DNA of 63,986 nucleotides, filler included, from Lama guanicoe (lineage: Eukaryota): the NCBI GenBank assembly GCA_013239625.1. It is 211 parts of 211 records of this genome, joined end to end, with 100 filler letters (N's around TTAATTAATTAA, not from the genome) between each part and the next. Parts side by side here need not be neighbours in the genome. Positions count along the whole stretch, not along the records: positions 11,818 to 12,020 come from PNXV01032314.1; positions 12,121 to 12,323 come from PNXV01032315.1; positions 12,424 to 12,626 come from PNXV01032316.1; positions 12,727 to 12,929 come from PNXV01032317.1; positions 13,030 to 13,232 come from PNXV01032318.1; positions 13,333 to 13,535 come from PNXV01032319.1; positions 13,636 to 13,838 come from PNXV01032320.1; positions 13,939 to 14,141 come from PNXV01032321.1; 203 more parts are not named here. One strand, given 5' to 3'. Numbering within the stretch: the first letter of the stretch is position 1; each line of letters opens with the position of its first letter. The notes under the pieces were generated by a model. It made no database searches, had not been told where the DNA came from, and saw only the letters and a program-made list of their open reading frames with translations. Positions 11,718 to 24,735 of this stretch are shown here, piece after piece. Made by a program: the position numbers and the translations under genes.

Positions 11718-14700
11718 NNNNNNNNNNNNNNNNNNNNNNNNNNNNNNNNNNNNNNNNNNNNTTAATTAATTAANNNNNNNNNNNNNNNNNNNNNNNNNNN
11801 NNNNNNNNNNNNNNNNNGTTCAAGCTGCAGGTGTGACCGTTACAGATTAGGAAAGCAACCTAGCAGACCTGACCATCACCTCTAAGAAATGGGATCAAGT
11901 AATGTATATGTACTGCAGTGAAAACCTCTCAGAGTGCAGTGCAGGTGGGCAGGACTGAGCTGTCAGGTGGGAGGGACGTCATCAAAGAAGCTGGACAGCC
12001 ACCGAGGAGGCCCCACCTGGNNNNNNNNNNNNNNNNNNNNNNNNNNNNNNNNNNNNNNNNNNNNTTAATTAATTAANNNNNNNNNNNNNNNNNNNNNNNN
12101 NNNNNNNNNNNNNNNNNNNNTTATGTAAATTTTTAAAACACAAGCTAGGTTCTATAGAATTATTGGGAGGGAACTATGTAAGAAAACAGGAAAGCATAGA
12201 TTAGAAGGAGTAAGAGCAAATTCAGGTAATGGTTCCCTCAGCAAAGAGAGGAGGAGGGGGCCGGGGAGGGTGACACTTACAGTTAATTCTTTTACTAAAA
12301 GAATCCATCTGAATTCTTAACAANNNNNNNNNNNNNNNNNNNNNNNNNNNNNNNNNNNNNNNNNNNNTTAATTAATTAANNNNNNNNNNNNNNNNNNNNN
12401 NNNNNNNNNNNNNNNNNNNNNNNAAAAAAAAACTGAATATAAACTGTATATTGAGAAATATAATTTGCACCCCTTTCTGCATTTGACACCTCCTCACAGG
12501 TAATCATTTTTCCTAGTTCCCAATGTATCTTTGTCATAATTCTGCTAACAAATTGTAATAATGCCTTTTTTAAAGGATCAAAAGCCACCGTACCTCAACT
12601 CATTCTTCTTAGCTTATTAAAAAAAANNNNNNNNNNNNNNNNNNNNNNNNNNNNNNNNNNNNNNNNNNNNTTAATTAATTAANNNNNNNNNNNNNNNNNN
12701 NNNNNNNNNNNNNNNNNNNNNNNNNNCTTAGATGGTACCAGTAGGTCTTACTGGTTCCTTTTCTCGCCGTTGCTTTATATATTTTTCTTGTATCAGATTT
12801 TTTAAAAGAAAATTTTAAAAATGAAAAATATACAATTACATTAAATTTCTGGAATTTAGTCTATGAGATTTGTCCTTTTTCTCATGTTAGACAGATAATA
12901 TTTAAGAAAGTTTTCTCCCCCAACCAAAANNNNNNNNNNNNNNNNNNNNNNNNNNNNNNNNNNNNNNNNNNNNTTAATTAATTAANNNNNNNNNNNNNNN
13001 NNNNNNNNNNNNNNNNNNNNNNNNNNNNNCATGGGACTGGAGGCAGCTCCTCCCACCCAGCGGGACCCCTCCCCAGCCCATGGTCACCTCCTCCCCCTCT
13101 AGTTACCTTTAGTCTTAGCCTCAGTCTTCACCTGTGAGAGACCAAGGGGACGCATGAGGGAGAACTGACTGCCCCATCATCATTGCAGGAGCCCTCCTGG
13201 GGCCAAGAAGAGAGTGAGTCAGGGCACCCGTGNNNNNNNNNNNNNNNNNNNNNNNNNNNNNNNNNNNNNNNNNNNNTTAATTAATTAANNNNNNNNNNNN
13301 NNNNNNNNNNNNNNNNNNNNNNNNNNNNNNNNTTCTTTACTTGAGATTGTTCTTGTTTTTGGAGGATGGCTGTATCTCAGTAAACTTCCCTCTTAAGACT
13401 GCTTAGTTCTGTCATGCCCCTCAGAGGAGAATGGGCCTGGGCAGAGCTGAGCACACTGCGTGGAAAAGGAGACATTTGTCCATAGTGGGTAGGTTGAACA
13501 AGGGACTTGATTTGATCCCGGTGAGTCCTTCTTGTNNNNNNNNNNNNNNNNNNNNNNNNNNNNNNNNNNNNNNNNNNNNTTAATTAATTAANNNNNNNNN
13601 NNNNNNNNNNNNNNNNNNNNNNNNNNNNNNNNNNNAGCAATTCAAAGTGGAGAATGAAGAGGAGGACACCCCGGGGAATGGTGTTAGGGTCCATGTCATT
13701 CATCCTGAAGAGCATTGAGGCCTATTTCCTCTGAGTAGTGAGTCAAAAGTGAAAAGATAGGAAGAGAGAGAGGAAGGAAGTAAGAGTTATTAAGAAAGGA
13801 AGACTAGAACAAAGTCGGATGAAACAAGAGAGGAAAGCNNNNNNNNNNNNNNNNNNNNNNNNNNNNNNNNNNNNNNNNNNNNTTAATTAATTAANNNNNN
13901 NNNNNNNNNNNNNNNNNNNNNNNNNNNNNNNNNNNNNNCAACTCAACATACTCCTTGAAAAGTTTCTATTGCTTCTAAAGTTCAATTTGAAAAATGAACC
14001 CATGGTGGCAAAGCACCTATAAAATAAGGACACACTAAGGAGTTTAAAGAGAGTATTTTTCTATCAGTCTTTTGATTTCTACTCACTCAGGACATGGACT
14101 AGTATTGCTGGCATATAACAGATTTATTAATATTTGTCTTCNNNNNNNNNNNNNNNNNNNNNNNNNNNNNNNNNNNNNNNNNNNNTTAATTAATTAANNN
14201 NNNNNNNNNNNNNNNNNNNNNNNNNNNNNNNNNNNNNNNNNTCAACCTTGTGCCCATCTTGGAAAAGCATCAAGGAAGCAAAATCTTAGGTAAACACTGA
14301 GAAGCCTATTCGTTTTTATTTCTTTTCTACTAGGAAGGCTTTTACTTTACAGGCCCCATTAATGCAACGTGACTCTACGGCAATTTGTGCTTTGTCCACT
14401 TCTGAGATGTAATGGCCCCTTTGACACTGTACTTGTTACTGGAANNNNNNNNNNNNNNNNNNNNNNNNNNNNNNNNNNNNNNNNNNNNTTAATTAATTAA
14501 NNNNNNNNNNNNNNNNNNNNNNNNNNNNNNNNNNNNNNNNNNNNTGAGGACGGCAGCCCAGACCCTTCCCAGCTCAGCTCCACGAGGCAGGGACAAGGTC
14601 GTCGAGCTCAGCCTGGCAGACCCGCTGCGGTGCCACAGACCCCCGACACGGCAGGGACTCCAGCAACGTGTGTACCTGCAGACAAGGTCAAACTGCAAGG

Positions 14701-15150
14701 GCGCAGCATCCCGGCCCCGGTGGGCTGAGGGCAGACACCCGGGAGACNNNNNNNNNNNNNNNNNNNNNNNNNNNNNNNNNNNNNNNNNNNNTTAATTAAT
14801 TAANNNNNNNNNNNNNNNNNNNNNNNNNNNNNNNNNNNNNNNNNNNNACCCCAGCCACTTCTCACCACGGCTCCTGCCTCCGCTGCTGCTTCCCTGACCT
14901 GAGCCTCTGCCCTCTCCTCCTGCACAGCCCTCCTCACTGGCTTCCCTCCCTTCATTCCGACCCATACTGACCATTCTCACCTGGCAGTCAAGTGAGCCTT
15001 GGAAAACCTAACTTGGACTGTGTCGTCCTTCTGCAGAGCCTCCCGATTTCNNNNNNNNNNNNNNNNNNNNNNNNNNNNNNNNNNNNNNNNNNNNTTAATT
15101 AATTAANNNNNNNNNNNNNNNNNNNNNNNNNNNNNNNNNNNNNNNNNNNN

Positions 15151-15353
15151 TCTAACAGCCCATAAAAAAGATCATACACCATGAGCAAGTTGGACTCATT
15201 TCAGGAACTCAAGGATGGCTCAACATAAGCAAATCCATCAATATAATACACCACATCAACAAGAGACAGGACAAAAACCACATGATCATCTCAATAGGTA
15301 CAGGAAAAGCATTTGATAAAATTCAACACACATTTATGATAAAAACTCTTACC
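15151..15353 (+). mobile_element. L1 ORF2 reverse transcriptase fragment (defective)
   Basis: [58 protein letters not shown]; in-frame stop, and IDAEKAFD is altered to IGTGKAFD. Confidence 0.95.
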
Positions 15354-16363
15354 NNNNNNNNNNNNNNNNNNNNNNNNNNNNNNNNNNNNNNNNNNNNTTA
15401 ATTAATTAANNNNNNNNNNNNNNNNNNNNNNNNNNNNNNNNNNNNNNNNNNNNGGTGGCCAGCCCTGCAGCAGCTCTGGGGTCCAGGCTAGGCCACCAAC
15501 TGGTCAGGGGCCACCAACAGGTCAAGGTATGACTGTGCTGCCCAGGAAGAGGGGGAACAGCAGTGAAGCAGTAAGTACCAGCAGGAGCAGCCTCTGTAAC
15601 TGGACTCCTCCACTGTGAGCAGGGCCAGGGCCAAAACGTATCAGTGAGGGTGGGAGNNNNNNNNNNNNNNNNNNNNNNNNNNNNNNNNNNNNNNNNNNNN
15701 TTAATTAATTAANNNNNNNNNNNNNNNNNNNNNNNNNNNNNNNNNNNNNNNNNNNNACCCGGACGTTAACGGTATTTACCTCTAGCGGTGGATTATGTGA
15801 TTTTCTTTTGTTTCATGTCTCTGCACTGTTTCAGGTTTTCAACAATTGGCATGTGTTACTTTTATAACCTGAAAGTAAAAACCGTGTTCCGGGTTCTTTA
15901 GTTTGTCTTGTTGTTGATATTATTACTATTACATCATGCTTGTGGAGGCTGAGAAGAGCGNNNNNNNNNNNNNNNNNNNNNNNNNNNNNNNNNNNNNNNN
16001 NNNNTTAATTAATTAANNNNNNNNNNNNNNNNNNNNNNNNNNNNNNNNNNNNNNNNNNNNGGTTCCTCTGCAGCATCAGTGCTGACGTGGGAGGGTCGGG
16101 GGCCAAAACGGAGGACAGCCTTGGCGGATCACCAAGATCTGGTGAGTAGAATAGAAGGGGGTGGAGCAGCGTATTGGGCCACACGCTTATCTTAAAGGTT
16201 TTGATACTGACACCGGTGTCCTTCCCCAAGGAAGCACGTTCTATGAAATAGACCATCTTACCCNNNNNNNNNNNNNNNNNNNNNNNNNNNNNNNNNNNNN
16301 NNNNNNNTTAATTAATTAANNNNNNNNNNNNNNNNNNNNNNNNNNNNNNNNNNNNNNNNNNNN

Positions 16364-16566
16364 AGGGACCTGCCCGGGGGCAGCTGCGGGCACTTCGGTC
16401 TTCAGGCAGCCTGTCCGCTGACGGGTGGGGCTGGGTCCCGCCCGGTCAGCCCTCTGGCCTGAGGGGCCGCCTGCAGGCGGTTGGGTGGGGCCGGGCGTCC
16501 GCGCAGAGGAGCCGCGTGGCGGCCGCAGGGCCCCGGGGCGGGGTCTCCGCAGGAGGATCGCCCCCC
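16364..16566. promoter_or_regulatory. CpG-island-like fragment
   Basis: Very GC-rich with many CpGs and a GGGGCGGGG GC-box. Confidence 0.55.
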
Positions 16567-16666
16567 NNNNNNNNNNNNNNNNNNNNNNNNNNNNNNNNNN
16601 NNNNNNNNNNTTAATTAATTAANNNNNNNNNNNNNNNNNNNNNNNNNNNNNNNNNNNNNNNNNNNN

Positions 16667-16869
16667 ATTCTATATTCTGTGTTCCACATTCAATATTCTA
16701 AATTCTATATTTAGTTTTCTCAGTTCTATATTCAAAATTCTGTGTTCTACATGCTATATTCAAAATTCTATATTCTATATTCAAAATTCTGTATTCTTCA
16801 TTCCGTGTCCTAATCCTGGATTCTATATTCTCTATTCAATATTCTATATTCTGTGTTCTTCATTCTATA
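16667..16869. repeat. Degenerate (ATTCTAT)n short tandem repeat
   Basis: Recurring attctat / attctgt / attcaaa units across the whole contig. Confidence 0.85.
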
Positions 16870-16969
16870 NNNNNNNNNNNNNNNNNNNNNNNNNNNNNNN
16901 NNNNNNNNNNNNNTTAATTAATTAANNNNNNNNNNNNNNNNNNNNNNNNNNNNNNNNNNNNNNNNNNNN

Positions 16970-17173
16970 GGAGCAGAAGGCTATTTTCATTCTCTCTAGA
17001 GTTCTATTGTATGAACACGTTGCAATGTATTTATCTACTCTAATGTTGCTAAACATTTGGGCTGTTTCAGCTGTGGACCGTGGACAACTATGAATACAGC
17101 AGCTTCGCCATCTTCTACATGGATCTTCCATGTGAACCTTTTTGCATGAATTTGAGCTTCTTCAGAGTGTGGT
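16970..17173 (-). mobile_element. Old L1 ORF2 3' fragment
   Basis: ctattgtatgaa...tatttatctactct...acatttgggctgtttc is typical antisense L1. Confidence 0.65.
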
Positions 17174-17919
17174 NNNNNNNNNNNNNNNNNNNNNNNNNNN
17201 NNNNNNNNNNNNNNNNNTTAATTAATTAANNNNNNNNNNNNNNNNNNNNNNNNNNNNNNNNNNNNNNNNNNNNTGCTTTTCAGTTAATTTCTCTTTATTT
17301 ATTCTGTTAAGGCTACTGTCCATGGGTCTCTTCCCAATACTGAAAATTTATTCATGGCTTTTACAACAGCATTATTTTTTCCAGGATGCTAAATTTGAAG
17401 GCAATTTGTACTGTTTCTCTGAGCCTGTGGCCCTTGCAGTCCCTCCCACGTTGCCGAGCTCCCCTGTGCTTGTTAGCNNNNNNNNNNNNNNNNNNNNNNN
17501 NNNNNNNNNNNNNNNNNNNNNTTAATTAATTAANNNNNNNNNNNNNNNNNNNNNNNNNNNNNNNNNNNNNNNNNNNNATCAATTAATCGTGCCCTAGTGT
17601 TGGTCTTAATCTAATCATGTCTTCAAGTTTCATCTTGGTCTGTGAATAAAAGACTGCTGCACAGGTTCAGAGAGTAAAATGCTTTTCCACAGAAGAAGGT
17701 TTTATATGATTACAACAGGACATAATCAAATGAGCAAGTTTTGTAAACAGAAATGCATTAGAAAAAATTTTAAAATGACCTNNNNNNNNNNNNNNNNNNN
17801 NNNNNNNNNNNNNNNNNNNNNNNNNTTAATTAATTAANNNNNNNNNNNNNNNNNNNNNNNNNNNNNNNNNNNNNNNNNNNNTAGGTGGACGTCGTTCTTG
17901 AGGCCTGGGAGGCGGGTAA

Positions 17920-18085
17920 AATGGGCTATCCGAATGGAAATCGTTGTCTTTCCCGCTCCCACTTGCTCCTTTTGAGGTCTTCCGTCTCAGTGAAAGGAGC
18001 CACCGTCTGTACTGTTGCTTAGTCTAGAAAGAGTCTTCTTCGCCACGTCTCAGACCCTCTCTCGTTCGCCATGTTTGGTCAGTCC
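17920..18085 (+). mobile_element. L2 LINE remnant
   Basis: cttgctcct...gtcttccgtctcagtgaaaggagccacc...gttgcttagtctagaaa resembles L2. Confidence 0.55.
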
Positions 18086-20323
18086 NNNNNNNNNNNNNNN
18101 NNNNNNNNNNNNNNNNNNNNNNNNNNNNNTTAATTAATTAANNNNNNNNNNNNNNNNNNNNNNNNNNNNNNNNNNNNNNNNNNNNAAATCAAAATTTTAA
18201 AGAAGATACCAAAGTCCAAAACTGTAATTAAGAACAAAGATGATTTAGACTTGCCAGGTGCCAAATAGAACAAGGCAAAATCACATTAAAATTTTACATA
18301 AAGAAAAAGAAATACATTTGGATGTTTTATATAATTGTATGTGCGTTTGACTTTCTGTCAATGAAAAAATGAGATAATACATAGAATGANNNNNNNNNNN
18401 NNNNNNNNNNNNNNNNNNNNNNNNNNNNNNNNNTTAATTAATTAANNNNNNNNNNNNNNNNNNNNNNNNNNNNNNNNNNNNNNNNNNNNGAGGGGGACCC
18501 TGTCCCACCCAGCTCGCTTCCTGCGTTTATGCTGCCTACCGAGTCCCTTGGGCATCAAATGCGGGCCAGCCAGGTCCCAGTGATGTCAAAGAGGGGGTGG
18601 TTTTGGGGAGCTTGGCTACTCTAAGTACAGTCACAACAAACTCGAGAGCCACCAACAGGCAACGAAGGGGGACGCAGGCATCACCTTCTTATTNNNNNNN
18701 NNNNNNNNNNNNNNNNNNNNNNNNNNNNNNNNNNNNNTTAATTAATTAANNNNNNNNNNNNNNNNNNNNNNNNNNNNNNNNNNNNNNNNNNNNAAAAAAA
18801 GCTCTGAAAATGCTTTTGGGTTTGTACTAAATTTGGATTGATTCAGTGAAAACTGTAGAATACCTTATAGAGTAACACATTTGAAATAAGGGCATAGAAA
18901 CAGAAATAATGTTGATTTAATGATGTATACCTGTATTAGGATGTTTTGAGTAGTAAATTATGAAAATCCAGACAAAACTCAAATTTAAGCATAAAAGNNN
19001 NNNNNNNNNNNNNNNNNNNNNNNNNNNNNNNNNNNNNNNNNTTAATTAATTAANNNNNNNNNNNNNNNNNNNNNNNNNNNNNNNNNNNNNNNNNNNNAAG
19101 AGACAACTGAATCTCACTTCAGGAGAATGTTGAGATTTATGGAGAGGTAACAGTGGCCTTCAGTTAAAATATCTTTATAGCATAGTTCAAAAATAAAAAC
19201 CTAATGTACCAACTTCAATGAATTATTTGTTTTGAGTTCAGTGCTGTGTTTAATGTTAGAGCAGAGAATAAAAACAGAAAGAGATACTTTATATATATAT
19301 ANNNNNNNNNNNNNNNNNNNNNNNNNNNNNNNNNNNNNNNNNNNNTTAATTAATTAANNNNNNNNNNNNNNNNNNNNNNNNNNNNNNNNNNNNNNNNNNN
19401 NGACACTGTCCCCAAGCCCGTGCGTGCTATGCATGTGTGCCTTGGGCTCGACAGACCCCACATGAGCTGGGAAGGGAAGTCTGAGAGCCTTTGCTTTGTT
19501 TCATTTCAAGTAAACTCTTTGCTGGCCTGGGGAGCAGTGGGCAGCAGGGGCCCCTCTGTTTGGGGAGGGGCTGCTCACGCAGGGCGGTGCCTGTGTCTTC
19601 TTGAGNNNNNNNNNNNNNNNNNNNNNNNNNNNNNNNNNNNNNNNNNNNNTTAATTAATTAANNNNNNNNNNNNNNNNNNNNNNNNNNNNNNNNNNNNNNN
19701 NNNNNCGCGACTCAGCCACAGAAATGGAAAGACGCTGCTGTTTCAGCAGAGGTGGCCGTGCAGACATAACGGTGTGAGACAGCGCGAAAAATAAATCCGG
19801 CCGAACTCCGTGGCATGAGGCTGCGCCCTGCGTGGGGCGCTGGGGCTGTTCTAGGACAGCGGCCCAGCCGGACGTGGGGTGCAAGCCGTGTCTCTGCAGG
19901 TGACACTGCNNNNNNNNNNNNNNNNNNNNNNNNNNNNNNNNNNNNNNNNNNNNTTAATTAATTAANNNNNNNNNNNNNNNNNNNNNNNNNNNNNNNNNNN
20001 NNNNNNNNNTTCTCCCTACAAAAGATCTCTCCTCTTCATCTCTCAAACATCTCCCTTCGTCGGGAGAACTTTTTAAGAGGTAGATGCTTCTAGGAGTGGT
20101 CATCCAAAAGGAGCTGATCTCTTAGTGATCTCTCAGTCCTCTCCAGGTTTGAAGCACTTGCCACCTGAGTCATTCTGTTCAATACTTTAATCAGATACTT
20201 AATTGAGTTATATNNNNNNNNNNNNNNNNNNNNNNNNNNNNNNNNNNNNNNNNNNNNTTAATTAATTAANNNNNNNNNNNNNNNNNNNNNNNNNNNNNNN
20301 NNNNNNNNNNNNNAAACAGAGTG

Positions 20324-20410
20324 TATATAAGATTTTGTACTATCTGCAGTTTCAGGCCCCCCTGGGGGTCTAGGAATGTATCCCCTCATTCCTAGATAAG
20401 GGGGAAACTG
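20324..20410 (+). mobile_element. MER2 (Tigger-family MITE) end
   Basis: gtactatctgcagtttcagg...ctgggggtctaggaatgtatcccc...gataaggggga matches the MER2 terminus. Confidence 0.8.
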
Positions 20411-21834
20411 CTTTCCATCTGATCCTCCGAATAGCTTTTTCTCACCTCTCCATCCTCCCTTTCATAATCCCTTTGTCCAGGAAAGACTATTTTTTCCTAT
20501 ATTCTTCTCTCTTAATTNNNNNNNNNNNNNNNNNNNNNNNNNNNNNNNNNNNNNNNNNNNNTTAATTAATTAANNNNNNNNNNNNNNNNNNNNNNNNNNN
20601 NNNNNNNNNNNNNNNNNTTGGGACAACACAGCTACCTAAAAGTATTAACAACAACAACAACAACAAAATTAATAAAAGTAACAACAAAAAAAAATCACTT
20701 TATTTTATAACCTATGTTTAATTATCTGGTCCTTACATCACTCCTTTTTCTGTATTTCTTTGTACATGTTCGGTATTTAACTATATTAATATTACTATAG
20801 CATTTACAGTGTATCAAGCGTNNNNNNNNNNNNNNNNNNNNNNNNNNNNNNNNNNNNNNNNNNNNTTAATTAATTAANNNNNNNNNNNNNNNNNNNNNNN
20901 NNNNNNNNNNNNNNNNNNNNNCCTGCGGTCCCCCAGCTGCATCCCACTGGTCCTACTGCCTCCCCGGCCATCAGAGCTGGTTTTTCTGCAGCTCCCCCTC
21001 ATCTGACAGGAAAGCGTGTAACTCTTCTTGACAGGCTGTGGGAAAATCCCTTTTCTCTTGGCTTCAATACAGTCAAGGTTAGTTTTCCAAGAGTCTATAC
21101 CGAGAAAACACATCAAAAGGCCAAANNNNNNNNNNNNNNNNNNNNNNNNNNNNNNNNNNNNNNNNNNNNTTAATTAATTAANNNNNNNNNNNNNNNNNNN
21201 NNNNNNNNNNNNNNNNNNNNNNNNNAGGTTACAAATCCCTGCAAAAATCCTGAGCTCTGCAGAGGAAGATTTTAGAGAAAAGAAGGGACAAACTAAATAG
21301 TTCTTATAAGTATTTTGAATGAGAGATTTAAAAAAAAAAAAGGCAAAAACACCCATGGGGAAAGAGACAAGTTTCAAACATTCTGGAGGCTTTGCAACAC
21401 GTAAGCTGTTTGCCACAAAAATCTTCCCTNNNNNNNNNNNNNNNNNNNNNNNNNNNNNNNNNNNNNNNNNNNNTTAATTAATTAANNNNNNNNNNNNNNN
21501 NNNNNNNNNNNNNNNNNNNNNNNNNNNNNCCCCACCTTCTTCATTTAAGCTTAGTCACTCTTGCTTTTTCACCCTGTGAGGAAATTTGATAAGTATCTAC
21601 AGGTGTCCCCTGATGGGATTTATTTTTACAAAAGTGTTGAACATTTTGGACTGTTCAACTCTTGGAGGAAGAGGGTTATGCTTAAAACTTATCCCAATTT
21701 TCCAAAAATTTCCCAAACTAAGTTCCTAAGTGANNNNNNNNNNNNNNNNNNNNNNNNNNNNNNNNNNNNNNNNNNNNTTAATTAATTAANNNNNNNNNNN
21801 NNNNNNNNNNNNNNNNNNNNNNNNNNNNNNNNNG

Positions 21835-22035
21835 CCATTTAAAAGGTTTTTTACATATAAATGTAACATCTATAGTCCATTTGCAAAGTCTTTGAGATAT
21901 ATATCCCAAATATTTCCAGTCTTTCTTTGTTAAACTTCTTTCATTATATCCGCAAGGTGGTTCCTTTTGTTCCCAGCAAACATCTGCAGGATTCGTCAAT
22001 TGTCCAGTCTCTGGTGTAATCCACATATATTCATC
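21835..22035 (-). mobile_element. Probable endogenous retrovirus env (SU) fragment with an open frame
   Basis: 67 uninterrupted codons DEYMWITPETGQLTNPADVCWEQKEPPCG...WKYLGYISQRLCKWTIDV...; A-rich coding strand; Cys/Trp spacing recalls gamma-type ERV1 SU. Confidence 0.45.
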
Positions 22036-23353
22036 CCNNNNNNNNNNNNNNNNNNNNNNNNNNNNNNNNNNNNNNNNNNNNTTAATTAATTAANNNNNNN
22101 NNNNNNNNNNNNNNNNNNNNNNNNNNNNNNNNNNNNNAGAAAGGAAGATTTCTTTTCGAAGTGTACTTGGCAAGTTTATTAGCTGCTGTTTAATTAAACT
22201 GGTGCTACATTATCAGAATAGAGATGAACACAGTTTGTACTTATAAAGATTCTAGATTAAGAAGGGATATAAAGCAAAGGCATGCTTCAGATAGCAAGAA
22301 GAAATGACAGAGACTGATGTCTTAGTGAAGGAATGTGCAAANNNNNNNNNNNNNNNNNNNNNNNNNNNNNNNNNNNNNNNNNNNNTTAATTAATTAANNN
22401 NNNNNNNNNNNNNNNNNNNNNNNNNNNNNNNNNNNNNNNNNTCCTCCCCTCCACCCCCCGCAACACACACACATCTCCACCCCCTCAGCCAATGACCTGC
22501 TTCAGATTCCTGTGAGAAAAAGGAAGCAGCCTAACCACAAGACCAGGCTCTTCTTATTCCCAAATCTGTGAGGCACCAGTGACACCCCGTCCTTCCGTGC
22601 CCTGTCCTGTCACTGAGAAGGTCTGATGTCCTCTGGCTCCTGCGTNNNNNNNNNNNNNNNNNNNNNNNNNNNNNNNNNNNNNNNNNNNNTTAATTAATTA
22701 ANNNNNNNNNNNNNNNNNNNNNNNNNNNNNNNNNNNNNNNNNNNNGACGTTGCAGAATAGCCTATGACGGTGACAGTTCTTCAGAGGCCAAGAAAGGAAG
22801 CTTCAACGGAGGCGGAGGGACACCTCCTCCCATGGAGCTCACCTGGGGTGGAGACGGGCCTCCTGTGGACTCAGAGGACTCTGTCCAGCCCTGAGCTTTG
22901 TCGCTGGGGAAACCTTCCCATCTTTAAAGAGGGGCTGGGATCCCCTCAANNNNNNNNNNNNNNNNNNNNNNNNNNNNNNNNNNNNNNNNNNNNTTAATTA
23001 ATTAANNNNNNNNNNNNNNNNNNNNNNNNNNNNNNNNNNNNNNNNNNNNTATGTGACCTATACTCAAAAACAGAGTCAAAATAAATCCAAATTGACATGA
23101 CTCAAGATGGTACAATTAGCAGAGAAGTGTTTTTAAGTAACACATGTAAATAAAAGGAAATACTAAACAAAAATTGTTCCTCTTGGCTGTAACCGTTTCT
23201 CAGCCTTCCCTTGTGTTTTGATAATCTTTGAAAATTTTGAGGAGTCCCAGTCANNNNNNNNNNNNNNNNNNNNNNNNNNNNNNNNNNNNNNNNNNNNTTA
23301 ATTAATTAANNNNNNNNNNNNNNNNNNNNNNNNNNNNNNNNNNNNNNNNNNNN

Positions 23354-23557
23354 GCAGGCATAGGACTGCTCCTCCCATCAAGAGGTAGAGTCTATTTCCT
23401 CTCTACTTGAACCTGAGCTGCCCTGTGACTTGTTCTGATCCACAGAATCTTCACGAGTGACTGCTCTGCCAGTCTGGGCCTAGGCCCACTCTCTCTGGGA
23501 AACCAGAAACCAGGTAAAGAAGCTCAGCCTATCCTCCTGGAGAGAAGGTCACGTGGA
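23354..23557 (+). mobile_element. MaLR LTR (MLT1-type)
   Basis: ctcctcccatcaagaggtagagtctatttcctct...ccctgtgacttg matches the MLT1 5' part. Confidence 0.8.
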
Positions 23558-24265
23558 NNNNNNNNNNNNNNNNNNNNNNNNNNNNNNNNNNNNNNNNNNN
23601 NTTAATTAATTAANNNNNNNNNNNNNNNNNNNNNNNNNNNNNNNNNNNNNNNNNNNNTCATCGTTAAACTGGGTCAGTAATGATCCCAGCATTAAAGGAT
23701 GAGGCCAAAGGAACACATCGCTGTTTACTCTCGCTGCTCACGTCTTTGCCTGAAGTAGACGCGTGTTGGTGAAAAGGGCAGGGGTCCTCTGCGGTATTGC
23801 TCTCCCTTCTCATTCAGAATGCCTCTAACGCCACTTTCTTGGTGATTTATTTGATTTGCTCNNNNNNNNNNNNNNNNNNNNNNNNNNNNNNNNNNNNNNN
23901 NNNNNTTAATTAATTAANNNNNNNNNNNNNNNNNNNNNNNNNNNNNNNNNNNNNNNNNNNNGGGTATCAGCAGTGTCACCCGGTGGGGGCAGCGATGCTC
24001 GTTGCGAAAGGAGAAGTGACTGCATATCCTGAGTGGGCTCTGGCCGAGTCGCCAGCTTCAGCTTAGTCCCGGCCGCACGTGTGTGGCAGAGGAGGGAAGG
24101 GAGGAACAGCGTTCTGCCTGCTGTGCGCCTTTCTATTTTAAAATGATCGACCTGCCCACCCACTCNNNNNNNNNNNNNNNNNNNNNNNNNNNNNNNNNNN
24201 NNNNNNNNNTTAATTAATTAANNNNNNNNNNNNNNNNNNNNNNNNNNNNNNNNNNNNNNNNNNNN

Positions 24266-24468
24266 TGGAGAAAAGGGAACCCTCCTACACTATTGGTGGG
24301 AATGTAAATTGGTGAAGCTACTATGGAGAACAGTATAGATGCTCCTTAAAAATTTATAAACAGAGTCACCAAGGAATGTGACTTAGCAATCACATTCCTT
24401 GGCACATATCCAGAGAAAATTTTAATTCAAAAAGATAAATGCACCCTGATGTTTATAGCAGCAATATT
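24266..24468 (+). mobile_element. L1 ORF2 3' fragment
   Basis: ggagaaaagggaaccctcctacactattggtgggaatgtaaattggtg...ctatggagaacagtat. Confidence 0.93.
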
Positions 24469-24604
24469 NNNNNNNNNNNNNNNNNNNNNNNNNNNNNNNN
24501 NNNNNNNNNNNNTTAATTAATTAANNNNNNNNNNNNNNNNNNNNNNNNNNNNNNNNNNNNNNNNNNNNAAAAAATGAACAGAAACATGAAGTAAAAATAT
24601 TATT

Positions 24605-24735
24605 GACCAGTTTTGCCAGATGAAAAAAAAATCTAGAGACCTTTTGTTTATCATTGTGCATACAATTAACACTACTGCATTGGATACTTGAAAATGGTTA
24701 AGATGGTAAATTATGCATTATGTGTTTTAAAAAAG
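24605..24735 (+). mobile_element. L1MA/MB 3' UTR end
   Basis: aacactactgcattggatacttgaaaatggttaagatggtaaatt. Confidence 0.8.
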
